A DNA stretch of 64,000 nucleotides, from assembly GCF_963921235.1 (NCBI RefSeq), contig NC_086098.1, forward strand, positions 310,001 through 374,000. Reading direction: 5' to 3'. The DNA is from Mobula hypostoma. Lineage: Eukaryota. The translations under genes were made by a program, and so were the position numbers. Below, piece by piece: positions 36,696 to 49,870 of the stretch (within the stretch, counting starts at the first letter, position 1; each line of letters starts with the position of its first letter). The notes beneath the pieces were generated by a model. That model was not told the DNA's origin. It made no database searches and worked only from the letters and a program-made list of their open reading frames with translations.

Positions 36696-39600
36696 ATGCT
36701 ATAAAGATGTAACAATTAGAGCACGGAAACAGGCTATCTCGGCCCTTCTAGTCCATGCCGAACACTTACTCTCACCTAGTCCCACCGATCTGCACTTGGC
36801 CCATAACCCTCCATTCATTTCTTGTCCATATATCTATCCAATTTAACTTTAAACGACAACATCGAAACTGCCTCAAGCATTTCTGCTGGAAGCTTGTTCC
36901 ACACAGCTACCACTTTCTGAGTAAAGAAGTTCCCCTCATGTTACCCCTAAACTTTTGCCCTTTAACTCTCAACTCATGTCGTCTTGTTTGAATCTCCCCC
37001 ATTCTCAATGGGAAAAGCCTATCCACGTCAACTCTATCAATCCCCCTCATAATTTTAAACACCTCTATCAAGTCCCCCCTCAACCTTCTACGCTCCAAAG
37101 AATAAAGACCTAACTTGTTCAACTTTTCTCTGTAACCTAAGAGATGAAACCCAGGCAACATTTTAGTAAATCTCCTCTGACTCTCCTAATTTTATTGTCA
37201 TCTTTCCTATAATTCGGTGACTAGAACTGTACACAATACTCCAAATTTGACCTTACCAATGCCTTATACAATTTCAACATTACATCCCAACTCCTATACT
37301 CAATGCTCTGATTAATAAAGGCCAGCATACCAAAAGCTTTCTTCACCACCCTATCCACATGAGATTCCACCTTCAGGGAACTATGCACCATTATTCCTAG
37401 ATCCCTCTGTTTTACAGCATTCCTCAATGCCCTACCATTTACCATGTATGTCGTATTTTGATTAGTTCTACCAAAATGTAGCACCTCACATTTTTCAGCA
37501 TTAAACTCCATCTGCCATCTTTCAACCCACTCTTCTAACTGGCCTAAATCTCTCTGCAAGCTTTGAAAACCTACTTCATTATCTATCTTAGTATCATCTG
37601 CATACTTACTAATCCAATTTACCACCCCATCATCCAGATCATTAATATAATGACAAACAACATTGGACCCAGTACAGATCCCTGAGGCACACCACTAGTC
37701 ACCGGCCTCCAATCTGACAAACAGTTTTCCACCACTACTCTCTGGCGTCTCCCATCCAGCCACTGCTGAATCTATTTTACTACTTCGATATTAATGCCTA
37801 ACGATTGAACGTTCCTAACTAACCATCCGTGTGGAACCTTGTCAGAGGCCTTACTGAAGTCCATACAGACCACATCCACCGCTTTACCCTCGTCAACTTT
37901 CCTAATAACCTCATCAAAAAATTCAATACGATTTGTCAAACATGACCTTCCACGCACAAATCCATGTTGACTGTTCCTAATCAGACCCTGTCTATCCAGA
38001 TAATTATATATACCATCTCTAAGAATACTTTCCATCAATTTACCCACCACTGATGTCAAACTCACAGGCCGATAATTGCTGGGTTTACTCTTAGAACCCT
38101 TTTTAAACAATGGAACCACATGAGCAATACACCAATCCTCCGGCACCATCCCCGTTTCTAATGACATCTGAAATATTTCTGTCAGAGCCCCCGCTATTTC
38201 CACACTAACTTCCCTCAAGGTCCTAGGGAATATCCTGTCAGGACCCGGAGACTTATCCGCTTTTATATTCCTTAAAAGCTCCAGTACTTCCTCTTCTTTA
38301 ATCATCATAGTTTCCATAACTACCCTTCTTGTTTCCTTTACCTTGCACAATTCAATATCCTTCTCCTTAGTGAGTATCGAAGAAAAGCAATTGTTCAAAA
38401 TCCCCTCATCTCTTTTGGCTCCGCACACAGCAGTCCACTCTGAGTCTTTAAGGGACCAATTTTATCCCTCACTATCCTTTTGCTATTAATATAACAGTAG
38501 AAACCCTTTGGATTTATTTTCACCTTACTTGCTAAAGCAGCCTCGTATCTTCTTTTAGCTTTTCTAATTTCTTTCTTAAGATTCTTTTTACATTCTTTAT
38601 ATTCCTCGAGCACCTCATTTACTTCATGCTACCTATATTTATTGTAGATCCCTCTCTTTTTCCAAACCAAGTTTCCTATATCCCTTGAAAACCATGGCTC
38701 TCTGAAACTTTTAACCTTTCTTTTCAACCTAACAGGAGCATAAAGATCCTGTACCCTCAAAATTTCACCTTTGAATGACCTCCATTTCTCTATTACATCC
38801 TTCCCATAAAACAATTTGTCCCAATCCACTCCTTCTAAATCCTTTCGCATCTCCTCAAAGTTAGCCTTTCTCCAATCAAAAATCTCAACCCTGGGTCCAG
38901 TCCTATCCTTCTCCATATTTATATTGAAACTAATGGTATTGTGATCACTGGACCCGAAGTGCTCCCCAACACATACCTCCGTCACCTGACCTATCTCATT
39001 CCCTAACAGGAAATCCAACACTGCCCCTTCTCTAGCTGGTACATCGATGTATTGCTGCAAAAAACAATCTTGCACACATTTGACAAACTCCAAACCATCC
39101 AGCCTTTTTACAGAATGGGCTTCCCAGTCTATGTGTGGAAAATTAAAATCTCCCACAATCACAACCTTGTACTTACTACAAATATCTGCTTACCTCCTTA
39201 CAAATTTCCTCCTCCAGTTCTCGGTCCCCATTAGGTGGTTTATAATACACCCCTATAAGCGACACTACACCTTTCCTAATCCTCAATTCCACCCAAATAG
39301 CCTCCCTGGACGAGTCCACTAATCTATCCTGCCAGAGTACTGCTGTTATATTTTCTCTGACAAGCAATGCAACACATCCCCCTCTTGCCCCTCCGATTCT
39401 ATCACACCTGCAGCAACAAAAGCCTGGAATATTTGGTTGCCAATCACACCCCTCCTGCAACCACGTTTCACTAATAGCTACAACATCATATTTTCAGGTG
39501 TCAATCCATGCTCTAAGCTCATCCACCTTTCTTACAATGCTCCTAGCATTAAAATAGATGCATTTAAGAAGCTCTCCACGTCTTACTCTCTGTTTATCCT

Positions 39601-42600
39601 GAATGGAGCAAACAAGTTTGTTATCTTTTTCTTCCTTGTCGCTTACATCTTTGGTCTGAGTGCTCTTATCTCTGTCCCCTGCCTATCCTCCCTCACACAC
39701 TGTCTACTAGCTTTCTCTATTTGTGAATGAACCTCCTCTCTCCTAGTCTCGTTAATTTGATTCCCACCCCTCAACCATTCTAGTTTAAAGTCATCTCAGT
39801 AGCCCTCGCAAATCTCCCCGCCAGGATATTGGTTTCCCTAGGATTCAAGTGTAACCTGTCCTTTTTGTACAGGTCACACCTGCGCCAAAAGAGATCCCAA
39901 TGATCCAAAAACTTGAATCCCTGCCCCCTACTCCAATCCCTCAGCCATGCATTTATCCTCCACCTCATTGCATTCCTACTCTCACTGTTGTGTAGCACAG
40001 GCAGTAATCCAAAGATCACTACCTTTGCAGTCCTTTATCTCAACTCCCTTCCAAACTCCCTATATTCTCCTTTCAAGACCTCTCCCCTTTTCCTACCTAT
40101 GTCATTGGTACCCTTATATACCACGACCTCTGGCTCCTCTCCCTCCCCCATTAGGAAGGAAACAGTGATGAGTAGACTGATAGGACTGAAGGCTAACAAA
40201 TCCCCAGGTCCAGATGGTCTGCATCCTAGGGTACTAAAGGAGGTGGCTCTGGAAACTGCGGATGCATTGGTGACCATTTTCCGATATTCCTTAGATTCAG
40301 GATCAGTTCCTGAGGATTGGCGAATGGCTAATTTTATCCCACTTTTTAAGAAAGGAGGGAGGGAGAAAACAGAGAACTATCGCCCTGTTAGCCTAACATC
40401 AGTAGTGGGGAAGATGCTAGAGTCCATTATTAAAGATGAAATAGCGGCATATCTTGATAGCAGTGATAAGATTGGGCCGAGCCAGCATGGATTTGCCAAG
40501 GGCAAATCATGCTTGACTTATCTTTTGGAGTTTTTGAGGATGTAACCAGGAAGATAGACGCGGGAGATCCAGTGGATGTAGTGTACCTTGACTTTCAGAA
40601 GGCATTTGATAAGGTACCACATTGGAGATTGGTGGGTGAAATCAGAGCTCATGGCATTGAGGGGAGGATATTGACATGGATAGAAAACTGGTTGGCAGAT
40701 AGAAAGCAAAGGGTAGCAGTGAATGGGTGTTTCTCGGAATGGCAGGTGGTGACTAGTGGGGTGCCACAGGGCTCGGTATTGGGACCTCAGCTGTTTACGA
40801 TTTACGTCAATGATTTAGAGGAAGGCATTGTGAATAACATCAGCAAGTTTGCTGATGATACTAAGCTGCGTGGCAGTGTGACGTGATGAGGATGTTAGGA
40901 GAATTCAAGGTGACTTGGATAGGCTGAGTGAGTGGGCAGAAACTTGGCAGATGGCATTTAATGTGAATAAGTGTGAGGTTATTCACTTTGGGAGCAAGAA
41001 CAGGAAGGCAGATTATTATCTGAACGGTGTGGAGTTAGGTAAGAGAGAAATACAAAGAGATCTAGGAGTACTTGTTCATCAGTCTCTGAAGGTGAATGAG
41101 CAAGTACAGCAGGCAGTGAAGAAGGCTAATGGAATGTTGGCCTTTATTACAAAGGGAATTGAGTACAAGAGCAAGGAAATCCTTTTGCATTTGTACAGGG
41201 CCCTGGTGAGACCACACCTGGAGTATTGTGTGCAGTTTTGGTCTCCAGGGTTAAGGAAGGACATCCTGGCTGTGGAGGAGGTGCAGTGTAGGTTCACTAG
41301 GTTAATTCCTGGCATGTCCGGACTGTCTTACACAGAGAGGTTAGAGAGACTGGGCTTGTACACGCTGAAATTAAGGAGATTGTGGGGGGATCTGATTGAG
41401 ACATGTAAGATTATAAAGGGATTGGACAAGATGGAGGCAGGAAATATGTTCCAGATGCTGGGAGAGTCCAGGACCAGAAGGCATGGTTTAAGAATAAGGG
41501 GTACGTCATTTAGGACAGAGTTGAGGAGGAACTTCTTCTCCCAGAGAGTTGTGGAGATGTGTGGAACGCGCTGCCTCAGAGGGCAGTGGAGCCCAATTCT
41601 CTGGATGCTTTCAAGAAGGAGCTAGATAGGTATCTTATGGATCAGGGAATCAAGGGTTATGGGGACAAGGCAGGAACCGGGTATTGATAGTAGATGATCA
41701 GCCATGATCTCAGAATGGTGGTGCAGGCTCAAAGGGCTGAATGGTCTACTTCTGCACCTATTGTCTATTGTCACTTCAGGATATCTTGGACGCGATCAGA
41801 AACATCCTGGACCTTGGCACCAGGAGCGCAAACTACCATTCGAGTCTCCGGACTGCGTCCACAGAATCACCTATCTGACCCCCTAACTATCGAGTCCCCT
41901 ATTACTACTGCCCTCCTCTTCCTTTCCCCACCCTTCTGAGCTGCAGGGCTGGACTCTGTGCTGGAGGCACGGCCACTGTTGCTTCCCCCAGGTACGCTGT
42001 TCCCTGCCCCCGCCCCCCCCCCCAGCAGTACTCAAACAGGAGTACCTATTGTCAAGGGGCACAGCCACTGGGGTAGTCTCTATTACCTGACTCTTCCTAT
42101 TCCCCCTCCTAACCGTGACCCACTTGTCAGCCTCCTGTGGCCCCGGTGTGACCACCTGCTTGTAACTCCTCTCTCTCCCTGACCAGACGAAGGTCATCAA
42201 GCTGCAGCTCCAGTTCCCTAACGCAACTTCTTAGGAGCTGCATCTCAGCGCACCTGGTGCAGATGTGGACATCCCGGAGGCTTGGAGACTCCATGACCTC
42301 CCACATCCGGCACCGAGAACAACAAGCTGCCCTCACACTCATACTGCCCCTCTCCTCAAATAACAACAAAAAATGAATACCAAACCTTCCTCGCCTTGCC
42401 TGTTTCCACCTAAGCCCGTTTAGCCAAAGCCCTTAAGCCTTCACTCTGCTTCCGGCTCACTCCGCAGCACAGAAAACGATGCTGCCAGCTTTATAAGGCT
42501 GTGTTCCTTTTAAATCTTCTGCGCTTCACTGCCTGATGTCACACGCCTGCGCATTCCCGCCTCTCTGAACGCCGATGGAAAAAAACCCGAAAAATTCAAA

Positions 42601-42649
42601 ATGGCTTCCTCTGCACTCCCGCTCCGATTTTCAGACTTCCTTCTCTGAA
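36696..42649 (-). mobile_element. Full-length-type CR1 copy D2 (lineage D ORF2 with a B1-like ORF1/5'UTR), interrupted by E1
   Basis: RT (YADD) at 36900-38430, EN at 38630-39570, ORF1 at 39780-42345, 5'UTR to 42649. Confidence 0.88.
40151..41772 (+). mobile_element. 5'-truncated CR1 lineage E copy (E1)
   Basis: RT motifs and a (attgtct)n tail. The host ccctccc...cacttcaggatatc rejoins. Confidence 0.88.
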
Positions 42650-43244
42650 TTCTTATCTGTGTTGTACTCCATCTGCCACTTCTCAGCACAGTTTTGCATC
42701 CTATCGATGATCCGCTGTAATCTCTGATAGCCCTCCACGATATGCACAATACTCCTAACCTTTGTGTCATCAGTGAATTTACTAACCGATTCCTCCACTT
42801 CCTCATCCAGGTCATTTATAAAAATCACAAAGAGAATGGGTCCCAGAACAGATCCCTGAGGCACACCAGTGGTCACCAACCTCCATGCAGAATATGACCC
42901 ATCTACAACTACTCTTTGCCTTCTGTGGGCAAGCCAGTTCTGGATCCACAAAGCAAGGTCCCCTTGGATCCCATGCCTCCTTACTTTCTCAATAAGCCTT
43001 GCATGGGGTACCTTATCAAATGCCTTGCTGAAATCCATATACTCTACATCTACTGCTCTTCCTTCATCAATGTGTTTAGTCACATCCTCAAACCATGTTG
43101 TATCTGAATAAAAAAAATAAAATTACGAAAGGTTAAAGTTTATGAAGTAAACGTGTATAACTCAGGAGTCTTATGTTATCGTTTCACACAGCCAATTCAG
43201 TGCTTTGTTGGTGTAATGTTAGAAAAAACTGTTCATAAGATGAC

Positions 43245-43505
43245 AGAGGCATAGCGATTAGTGTAACACTTCACAGTGCTTGCGATAATGCTTTAATTTC
43301 CACTGCTGGCTGTAAGTTGTTCATAAGTTCTCCCTGAGAATGAGTGCTTCAGTTTCCTCTCACCATTCAAAGACATACAGTTTAAGGTTAGTAAGTTGTG
43401 GCAATGCTTGTGTGCTGACCCCAGCACATCCCTGGATTGGTTGTTTCATGCAAATGATACATTTTACTGTATGTATCAATGTTTCCAATACATATGATAA
43501 ATAAT
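43245..43505 (+). mobile_element. Degenerate tRNA-derived SINE
   Basis: Weak similarity to 34522-34750 (acagtgc, aattcc, gttctccc, caaagacatac). Confidence 0.5.
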
Positions 43506-44617
43506 AGTTATATTATCATTTCCTATTCCCTTTCTTATCACGTGATTTTGCAATATTGCAAATTCTCATTCGAGTTAACTACAACGTAAACAGCAAATTT
43601 GCTGAGAGGTAGAATAAAAGTTAATAAATCTAATTAAGTACATATTTCTGGCAGTATTTGTAAGGCAAATACTCTGTGCTGGCAGTAGGTTAAGAACAGA
43701 GTGAAAGGGGTCCCTGCTTTTTTGACCCATGTAACTCTGAGTTTATCAGATTCACTGAAACCCCCTCAAATGATATACATCCTTAAAATATATTCTTGAC
43801 TGACGTGATCAGGACATTTAGAAAATTGTGGACAACTCAAATTCTCTTTCTTTTTCCTGAGGTTCTGCATTGTTTTTAAAAGAATAGTTGAATGAACAAG
43901 TCGTGACAACTCACAATTATTAATCCTTTAGTGCATTATGGATTTGAGGGTCAAGGTCAAAGTACATATACATTATTTTATACTACCTACAGTTTCATTT
44001 TCTTGCAAGCATTTTAAGAAACACGATGGAACTTATGAAAAGCTATATATAAACTAAGACTGACAAACAACAAATATGCTAAGGAAGACAAACTGTGCAA
44101 ATAGTAAAATGAATAATACTAAGAATCTATTGAAGTGTGTGATTGAAGAGAAGTGGGTGCAGTTACTATTACAAGAGAGAAGGTGCTCAAAAGGCTGAAA
44201 GACTGAAAGATACACAAATCACCCAGACCAGATGAACTGCACCCTAGGGTTCTAAAAGAGGTAGCGTTAGAGATTATGGTGGCATTATAAATGATCTTTC
44301 AAAAATCATTGGACTCTGGCATGGCGCCAGAGGACTAGAAAATTGCAAAAGTCACTCTATTCTTTAAGAAAGTGTCAGTACCTCCAGTTGAATATCGTTT
44401 TGTGCATTTCCTCTAGCTGTCAGTCTGTGGTTTTGTATTGCTCATGTCACCACTCCTGCTCTACTCCGGCCCCTGTATTACTGAGTATTCCGTCTCTCAC
44501 CTGTCTGTCTGTATCTTGTTTTACGGCGGTTGGCATCCAGCTTAATGGTGCATTACCGCCACCCTCTGCTCCGGAATGTGCACTAGACATACATTCTAAA
44601 TCCCTTCACCCAATCAC

Positions 44618-44618
44618 T

Positions 44619-44653
<35 letters not shown>
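44618..44653. repeat. (CA)n(TA)n microsatellite in the I/Nimb 3'UTR
   Basis: Read directly from the sequence. Confidence 0.9.
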
Positions 44654-44654
<1 letters not shown>

Positions 44655-44756
44655 CAAACCTACACTTCACCCTCCCATCTTTGACCATCCTAATACCCTA
44701 TTCCTGTTTATTCGTCATATTCTATAAAAAACCCCTGTACTCCTTAAAAACGCTAA

Positions 44757-47700
44757 TTATACCCGGACTTGTGCTCTCTCACCCATGCCCAGCAACCCTT
44801 TTAATGTGAATTCCTGCACCCCCAACTCCCTTAGTTTAATTCTCATCATCTCTTTCTGTATCCCATACTTCCTGCAACACAAAACTACATGTTCTACTGA
44901 CTCCTCTTCCTGACATTCCTCACACAATCCTGTCTGGTGTTTCCCTATCATTTTCAATGTTTTGTTTAATGCACAATGCCCCAGCCTTAACCTAGTCCAC
45001 ACAATTTCCTCTCTTCTGTTTCCATTACCCACCCTAGTAACTGCAACACTCTTTTGTATTTGATATAAATGCCTCCCTTTCCCCTCCCTGTCCCATCTTT
45101 CTTGCCACATTTGGTTGACTTTTTCCCAGATTACACACTTAACCTGTGCTTTACTGATACCAATGTGCATTTCCACATTTTCTTTCTTTAACGCCCTCCT
45201 TGCCAACTCATCCACCCTCTCATTCCCCTTCACCCCTACATGTGCTGGAACCCATAGAAATTTTATCTGACCTCCCTGATTTGCAATTCTTGTAACTAAC
45301 TGAAGGACTTCATAAAGTATATCTTGCCGACTGTTTGTGTGAAAAGACCTTAAACTTGCTAGAACTGAGGATGAATCTGAACATATCAATGCTTTGGCTT
45401 GTCTGGCTTTCTGCACCCATTGCAACGCAACCAACACTGCCAGCATCTCCACTGTAAACACCCCTAACTTATTAGATGTTCTTCTGCTGATTCCAATTTC
45501 TTTTGCTGGTATTACCACCCCAAACCCTGTCACTCCTGTTTCAGGTTCCTTCGCACCATCCATATAAATGTGAGTATAATCACTACACTTTTCCATCACA
45601 TGACAGTTAAATGCATTTACCAAATCTGTTTTATATCTTTCTTTCCTTTTAACCTCTAACAAATGCCAGTCTATGTCAGGCCAAACAAGCTTCCATGGAG
45701 CTACAACCGGATAAACTACTGAAGGACTTATCCTCAGATCAAATACTCCACATTCTTTCGCGCTATCATTCCCTACCCGACTAAAGGTATCCCTCTGAAA
45801 CCTCCCATTTTCCCAGCACTCCTGCAACACTCCTTTAGTAGGGTGAGAATCATTGTGCCCCTGCAAGTTAGCCCAGTAGTTTGCCATCAGTTGCATCCTT
45901 TTTAGTTCCAAAGGCATCATTCCCATTTTTACCTGTAGGGCTGACACTGGTGACGTTTTAAAAGCCCCACTGCACACTCTCAAGGCCTGAGCCTGAATCA
46001 CATCCTTATAAGAGACCTAGCTGCTGAATCACATCCTTATAAGAGACCTAGCTGCTGATCCATATACTATATTTCCATAATCCAATACAGAGCTCACTAA
46101 AGCCACATACATTCTCTTCAAAGCTGAACAACTTGCTCCCCATTCCCTACCAGTCAAATATCTCATCACATTTATTACTTTTTTACATTTCTCCTCAACT
46201 TTCCTGATATGGTCTGCCCATGTTAATCGTGAATCAAATATAACTCCCAGAAATTTAAATGATGCAACCCTTTCTAATTCAACCCCATACATCCTTAACT
46301 TCTTCCCTACCTCAACCCTTTTCCTGGTAAAAAATACAGTTTGAGTTTTATCTACTGAAAATCTACATCCCCAATCACAACCCCACTCCACCACTTCATC
46401 AATTGCTTCTTGTAGTTTCCTGATTATATGGTCCATGTTCCTGCCTCTTTTCCACAAGGCCCCATCATCCGCAAACAGTGACCTACCTATATCCACTGGT
46501 ACCTTTGTGAAGACATCATTGATCATAGTGATGAAAAGTAACGGGCTAATCACACTACCTTGAGGTGTGCCATTTTCCACTATGTACTGTTTTGATAATT
46601 CTGATCCAATCCGAACTTGAATTTTTCTACCAAACAAAAAATCTTTAATCCAATTAAAAACTCTCCCACCAACCCCCATCTTGTGCAGTTTAATTAATAA
46701 TCCTTCTTTCCACATCATATCATAGGCTTTTTCAATGTCAAAGAACACTGCCACTACTGACTCTTTATTTGCCTGGGCCTTCCTTATTTCAGTCTCTAAC
46801 ATAATCACTGAGTCCATGGAATTCCTTCCCTTCCTAAAACCATTCTGATAACTCGCCAGCATTCCCCTTTTCTCAAGCTCATATGATAACCTTTCTGTTA
46901 TCATCCTTTCCATTATCTTACATATACTTGATGTTAATGCAATAGTCTGTGGCTGGTGGGTTTTGACAGATCCTTGCCAGGCTTTCTTATTGGAATTACT
47001 ACTGCTTCTTTCCATGCACTTGGTAATCTTCCCTCCTCCCACACTCTGTTATAAAAATGCAGCAACTTCAAGAGCACTCCTTCTCCTAGATTTTTTAGCA
47101 TCACAGAGCATATCAGATCTTTCCCTGGGGAGGTTGGTCTCGATCTCTTTATTGCTCTCACCATTTCCGCTAATGTAAATGGATCATCAATTATATCATC
47201 TGTTCCTTCCCTCCTGCTTAACACACCTGGGTGTTGGCTCATTATTCTTTTCCTTCTTCCTCTACCTTCTTCAGACAAATTTTCTGAACTGTATCAGTAC
47301 AAATGACTTGGCCATGACCTCAGCCTTATCCCTACTGGAGACTGCAGTTTCCTCCTCAGATATCATTACTGGATGTTCCCATTCCCTTCTATCTCCTCCC
47401 ATCCTCTTAATCATTCCCCATATCTCTCCCACAGGTGTTGTTCTTCCTACCTTGTCGCTAAAACTCCTCCAACTTGCCCTTTTAGCTTGACGTATAGTTC
47501 TTCTCACCACTGCCTGTGCTTTCTTATATTGAACCAAATGCTGCATACTATGGGTTCTTTTAACTAGCCTGAATGCTCTATTTCTGGTTTTTACAGCCTG
47601 ACAACATTCCTCTGTCCACCATGGTACCAGTTTTCTATTCATCCTATTTTTACTCCTAGGTATAGATCCTTCTGCTGCGATGATAATTGCTGAAGTCACC

Positions 47701-48491
47701 TGACTGTTTAATTCATCTACATTTCCAGAAATATCAATCTTTGTCTACCCTTCTTCACTCAACTTTTGGAACTTACCCCAATCAGCTTTTTCAAACACCC
47801 ACTTTGGGGTTCCGCCACCTGGTCTTACTTCAACTCTTTCACCCACTGAACACAAAACTGGGTAGTGATCACTGCCTACTGTTGAAGCAGTCCAAACTCC
47901 CCAGTTACTAATGCCAGCCAAGGTATTAGACACTAACGTAATATCTAACACTGACTCAGTTCCTGTTGTTATGTCTATCCTTGTGCCGCTACCATCATTC
48001 ATACACACCAAATACCTTTCTTCCATCAAATCTTCAATTACCTTTCCATTTGGATCTGTAATCTGATCCCCCCATATTGTGCTATGAGCATTGAAATCTG
48101 CACACCACACTACTTTATGTCTGTTTTGTCCTTGTATCTTTAATAGGCTGTCCAAATCCAACCTTTTACATGGATTGTAGTAGTTAATTATAACCACTCC
48201 CTCCCCTCTCTCCCACACTTCCACCACTATGTATTCCTGATCATCTCCTTTTTCCAGTACCCTATATGGTATACCTTGCTTGATTAACATAGCACAACCC
48301 CCTCCTCCCCCTAGATTTCTATCTTTCCTTATCATTGTATACCCATATACCACAAAGTCTAATGTTGGTTTCAACCAAGTTTCCTGAATACACACTACAT
48401 CCGGTTTTACAACCATTTCTTTAATAAAGTGCTTGAATTCCTGGCTATTGGCCAGTAAACTCCTTGCATTCCATTGTAAAAGAATCACCAT
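44757..48491 (-). pseudogene. ORF2: APE endonuclease, RT, RNase H, C-terminal CCHC; frameshifted
   Basis: QWNARSL, CIQETW, DFNAH, GSDH; FFDIEKAYD, GTPQGS, FADD; YMDGAK, CSDS, WVPAHVGVKGNERVD; CEEC..EHVVLCC. Confidence 0.9.
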
Positions 48492-48499
48492 AATTAGTA

Positions 48500-49870
48500 T
48501 TAACCAACACATGACACTTCCTGGCTTGACTGATTACTGAGGTTCTCCCTCACTTCCTCCCATGTCAGTCCTACTAACCCTAAATGGTTTACTACTGCTT
48601 TTACCAGCAGCTGAATTTTGTCACTTTTTGACTTTACCTCAGCCGTACTATTAATCACTCCTGCAATGAATGTTACTAGAGCCTTTTTATCTACATAAAT
48701 CCTGTCATTTGTTCTTTGTTGCATCTCTCGTATCCCTGTTGCTCCCTGTTCATTAGGAGCATTATTCTGTTCTCTTGACATTCTTACAGCTTCTGCATAA
48801 GTGATCTTTCTTTTCACTCTTATTTCTTGAATTTTAGTCTCCCATCTCACAACCTCACACCCACTATATGCAACATTATGAGCTCCTCCACAATTGCAGC
48901 ATTTTGGTTGAACTCCTGTTCCGCACTTCCCATATTCATGATCACCCCCACATCTAGCACATCTCCTCTGCCTTTTACAGTTTTTAGCCACGTGTCCAAA
49001 CCTTTGACAATTATAGCACCTCAATGGCTTTGGCACAAACACCCTTACTGGGTAACTCATGAAACCCAGAAACACCTTCCTTGGCACTCTTTCTTCTTCA
49101 AATTCAATCAATATTGATTCACTTTCCTTTTTCACTCCATCCTTTGTTGTTTTCAGTTTTTGAACATTCATTACTTTCCCTCCTTTGATATTCCTCTTTA
49201 TCTCCTCCATATTTATACTCATTGGTATCCCCGTGATCACTCCTTTACAACCACTGTTTTGTGCTCCCACCCTCCCAGTGTATTCCACCTTGCATTTTCC
49301 TATCTCTTTTAGCTTGAGTGCTTTCTCAAGTTGTTCCTCATTTGCACATCTTACCAATAAGTTGTCATCATTCAGGACTTTTGCAAATACTATTTCCCCT
49401 ATCTTATTTGTCAGAGTTGTTGTTAGCACAAACAGGTTAATTTTCTTCATATGTCCCTGAGCCTTCTCATTAAACCTAATTATGACAACACCTCCTCTCT
49501 GAGCTTGTTCATCTTCCTCACTTTCAGAGCTTTCTCCACTATCATTTCTTATTCTTTTATTCCCTTTGTCTTGGTTTTTATTCATCCAACTCCTCACTAC
49601 CTCCTCATTCCCTTTATTTCTCCCTTCACAATAATCCACCTCTCCCCAGCTGCCTACCTCTGGTCCCAAGTCTCTATCCCTCTCCTTCTCCACTTTCTTT
49701 CCCTCAACCCCACCTCTTATCTTGTCCACCATTACCAGACCCACACAACCTCCTCCCAGCAATTTCCATTCCTTCCCCACTCTCTTTCCCTCAACAGGTT
49801 CCAAACCACATTCACACATCAAGCAAAACCCACTGAACACTCTTCCAAATGCTCCTTCTACCCCCCCCAT
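48500..49870 (-). CDS. ORF1 gag-like nucleic-acid-binding protein with three CCHC knuckles (true start uncertain)
   Basis: CYNCQRFGHVAKNC, CARCGGDHEYGKC and CCNCGGAHNVAYSGC in an open frame. Confidence 0.85.
   Translation of the reverse strand: MGGVEGAFGRVFSGFCLMCECGLEPVEGKRVGKEWKLLGGGCVGLVMVDKIRGGVEGKKVEKERDRDLGPEVGSWGEVDYCEGRNKGNEEVVRSWMNKNQDKGNKRIRNDSGESSESEEDEQAQRGGVVIIRFNEKAQGHMKKINLFVLTTTLTNKIGEIVFAKVLNDDNLLVRCANEEQLEKALKLKEIGKCKVEYTGRVGAQNSGCKGVITGIPMSINMEEIKRNIKGGKVMNVQKLKTTKDGVKKESESILIEFEEERVPRKVFLGFMSYPVRVFVPKPLRCYNCQRFGHVAKNCKRQRRCARCGGDHEYGKCGTGVQPKCCNCGGAHNVAYSGCEVVRWETKIQEIRVKRKITYAEAVRMSREQNNAPNEQGATGIREMQQRTNDRIYVDKKALVTFIAGVINSTAEVKSKSDKIQLLVKAVVNHLGLVGLTWEEVRENLSNQSSQEVSCVG

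Larger units (their letters stand above)
34754..43090 (-). mobile_element. 5'-truncated CR1 lineage A copy (A3; own sequence 34754-34769, 35936-36695, 42650-43090)
   Basis: The pieces are collinear with 18525-19730. Confidence 0.82.
34522..43123 (+). mobile_element. tRNA-derived HE1/V-SINE-like SINE split by an 8.3-kb nest (body 34522-34753, tail 43091-43123)
   Basis: A-box tggcatagtgg, B-box ggttcaattcc, and central ggagtttgcatgttttcccc..ccaaagatgt. aaccat is duplicated at 34748-34753 / 43091-43096. Confidence 0.8.
44504..49866 (-). mobile_element. Near-full-length I-group (Nimb-like) non-LTR retrotransposon
   Basis: gag-like ORF1 plus APE-RT-RNase H-CCHC ORF2. Probable 14-bp TSD ccgtctctcacctg / ccatctctcatctg. 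The 3' end has a ggcggt...accgcc hairpin. Confidence 0.88.
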
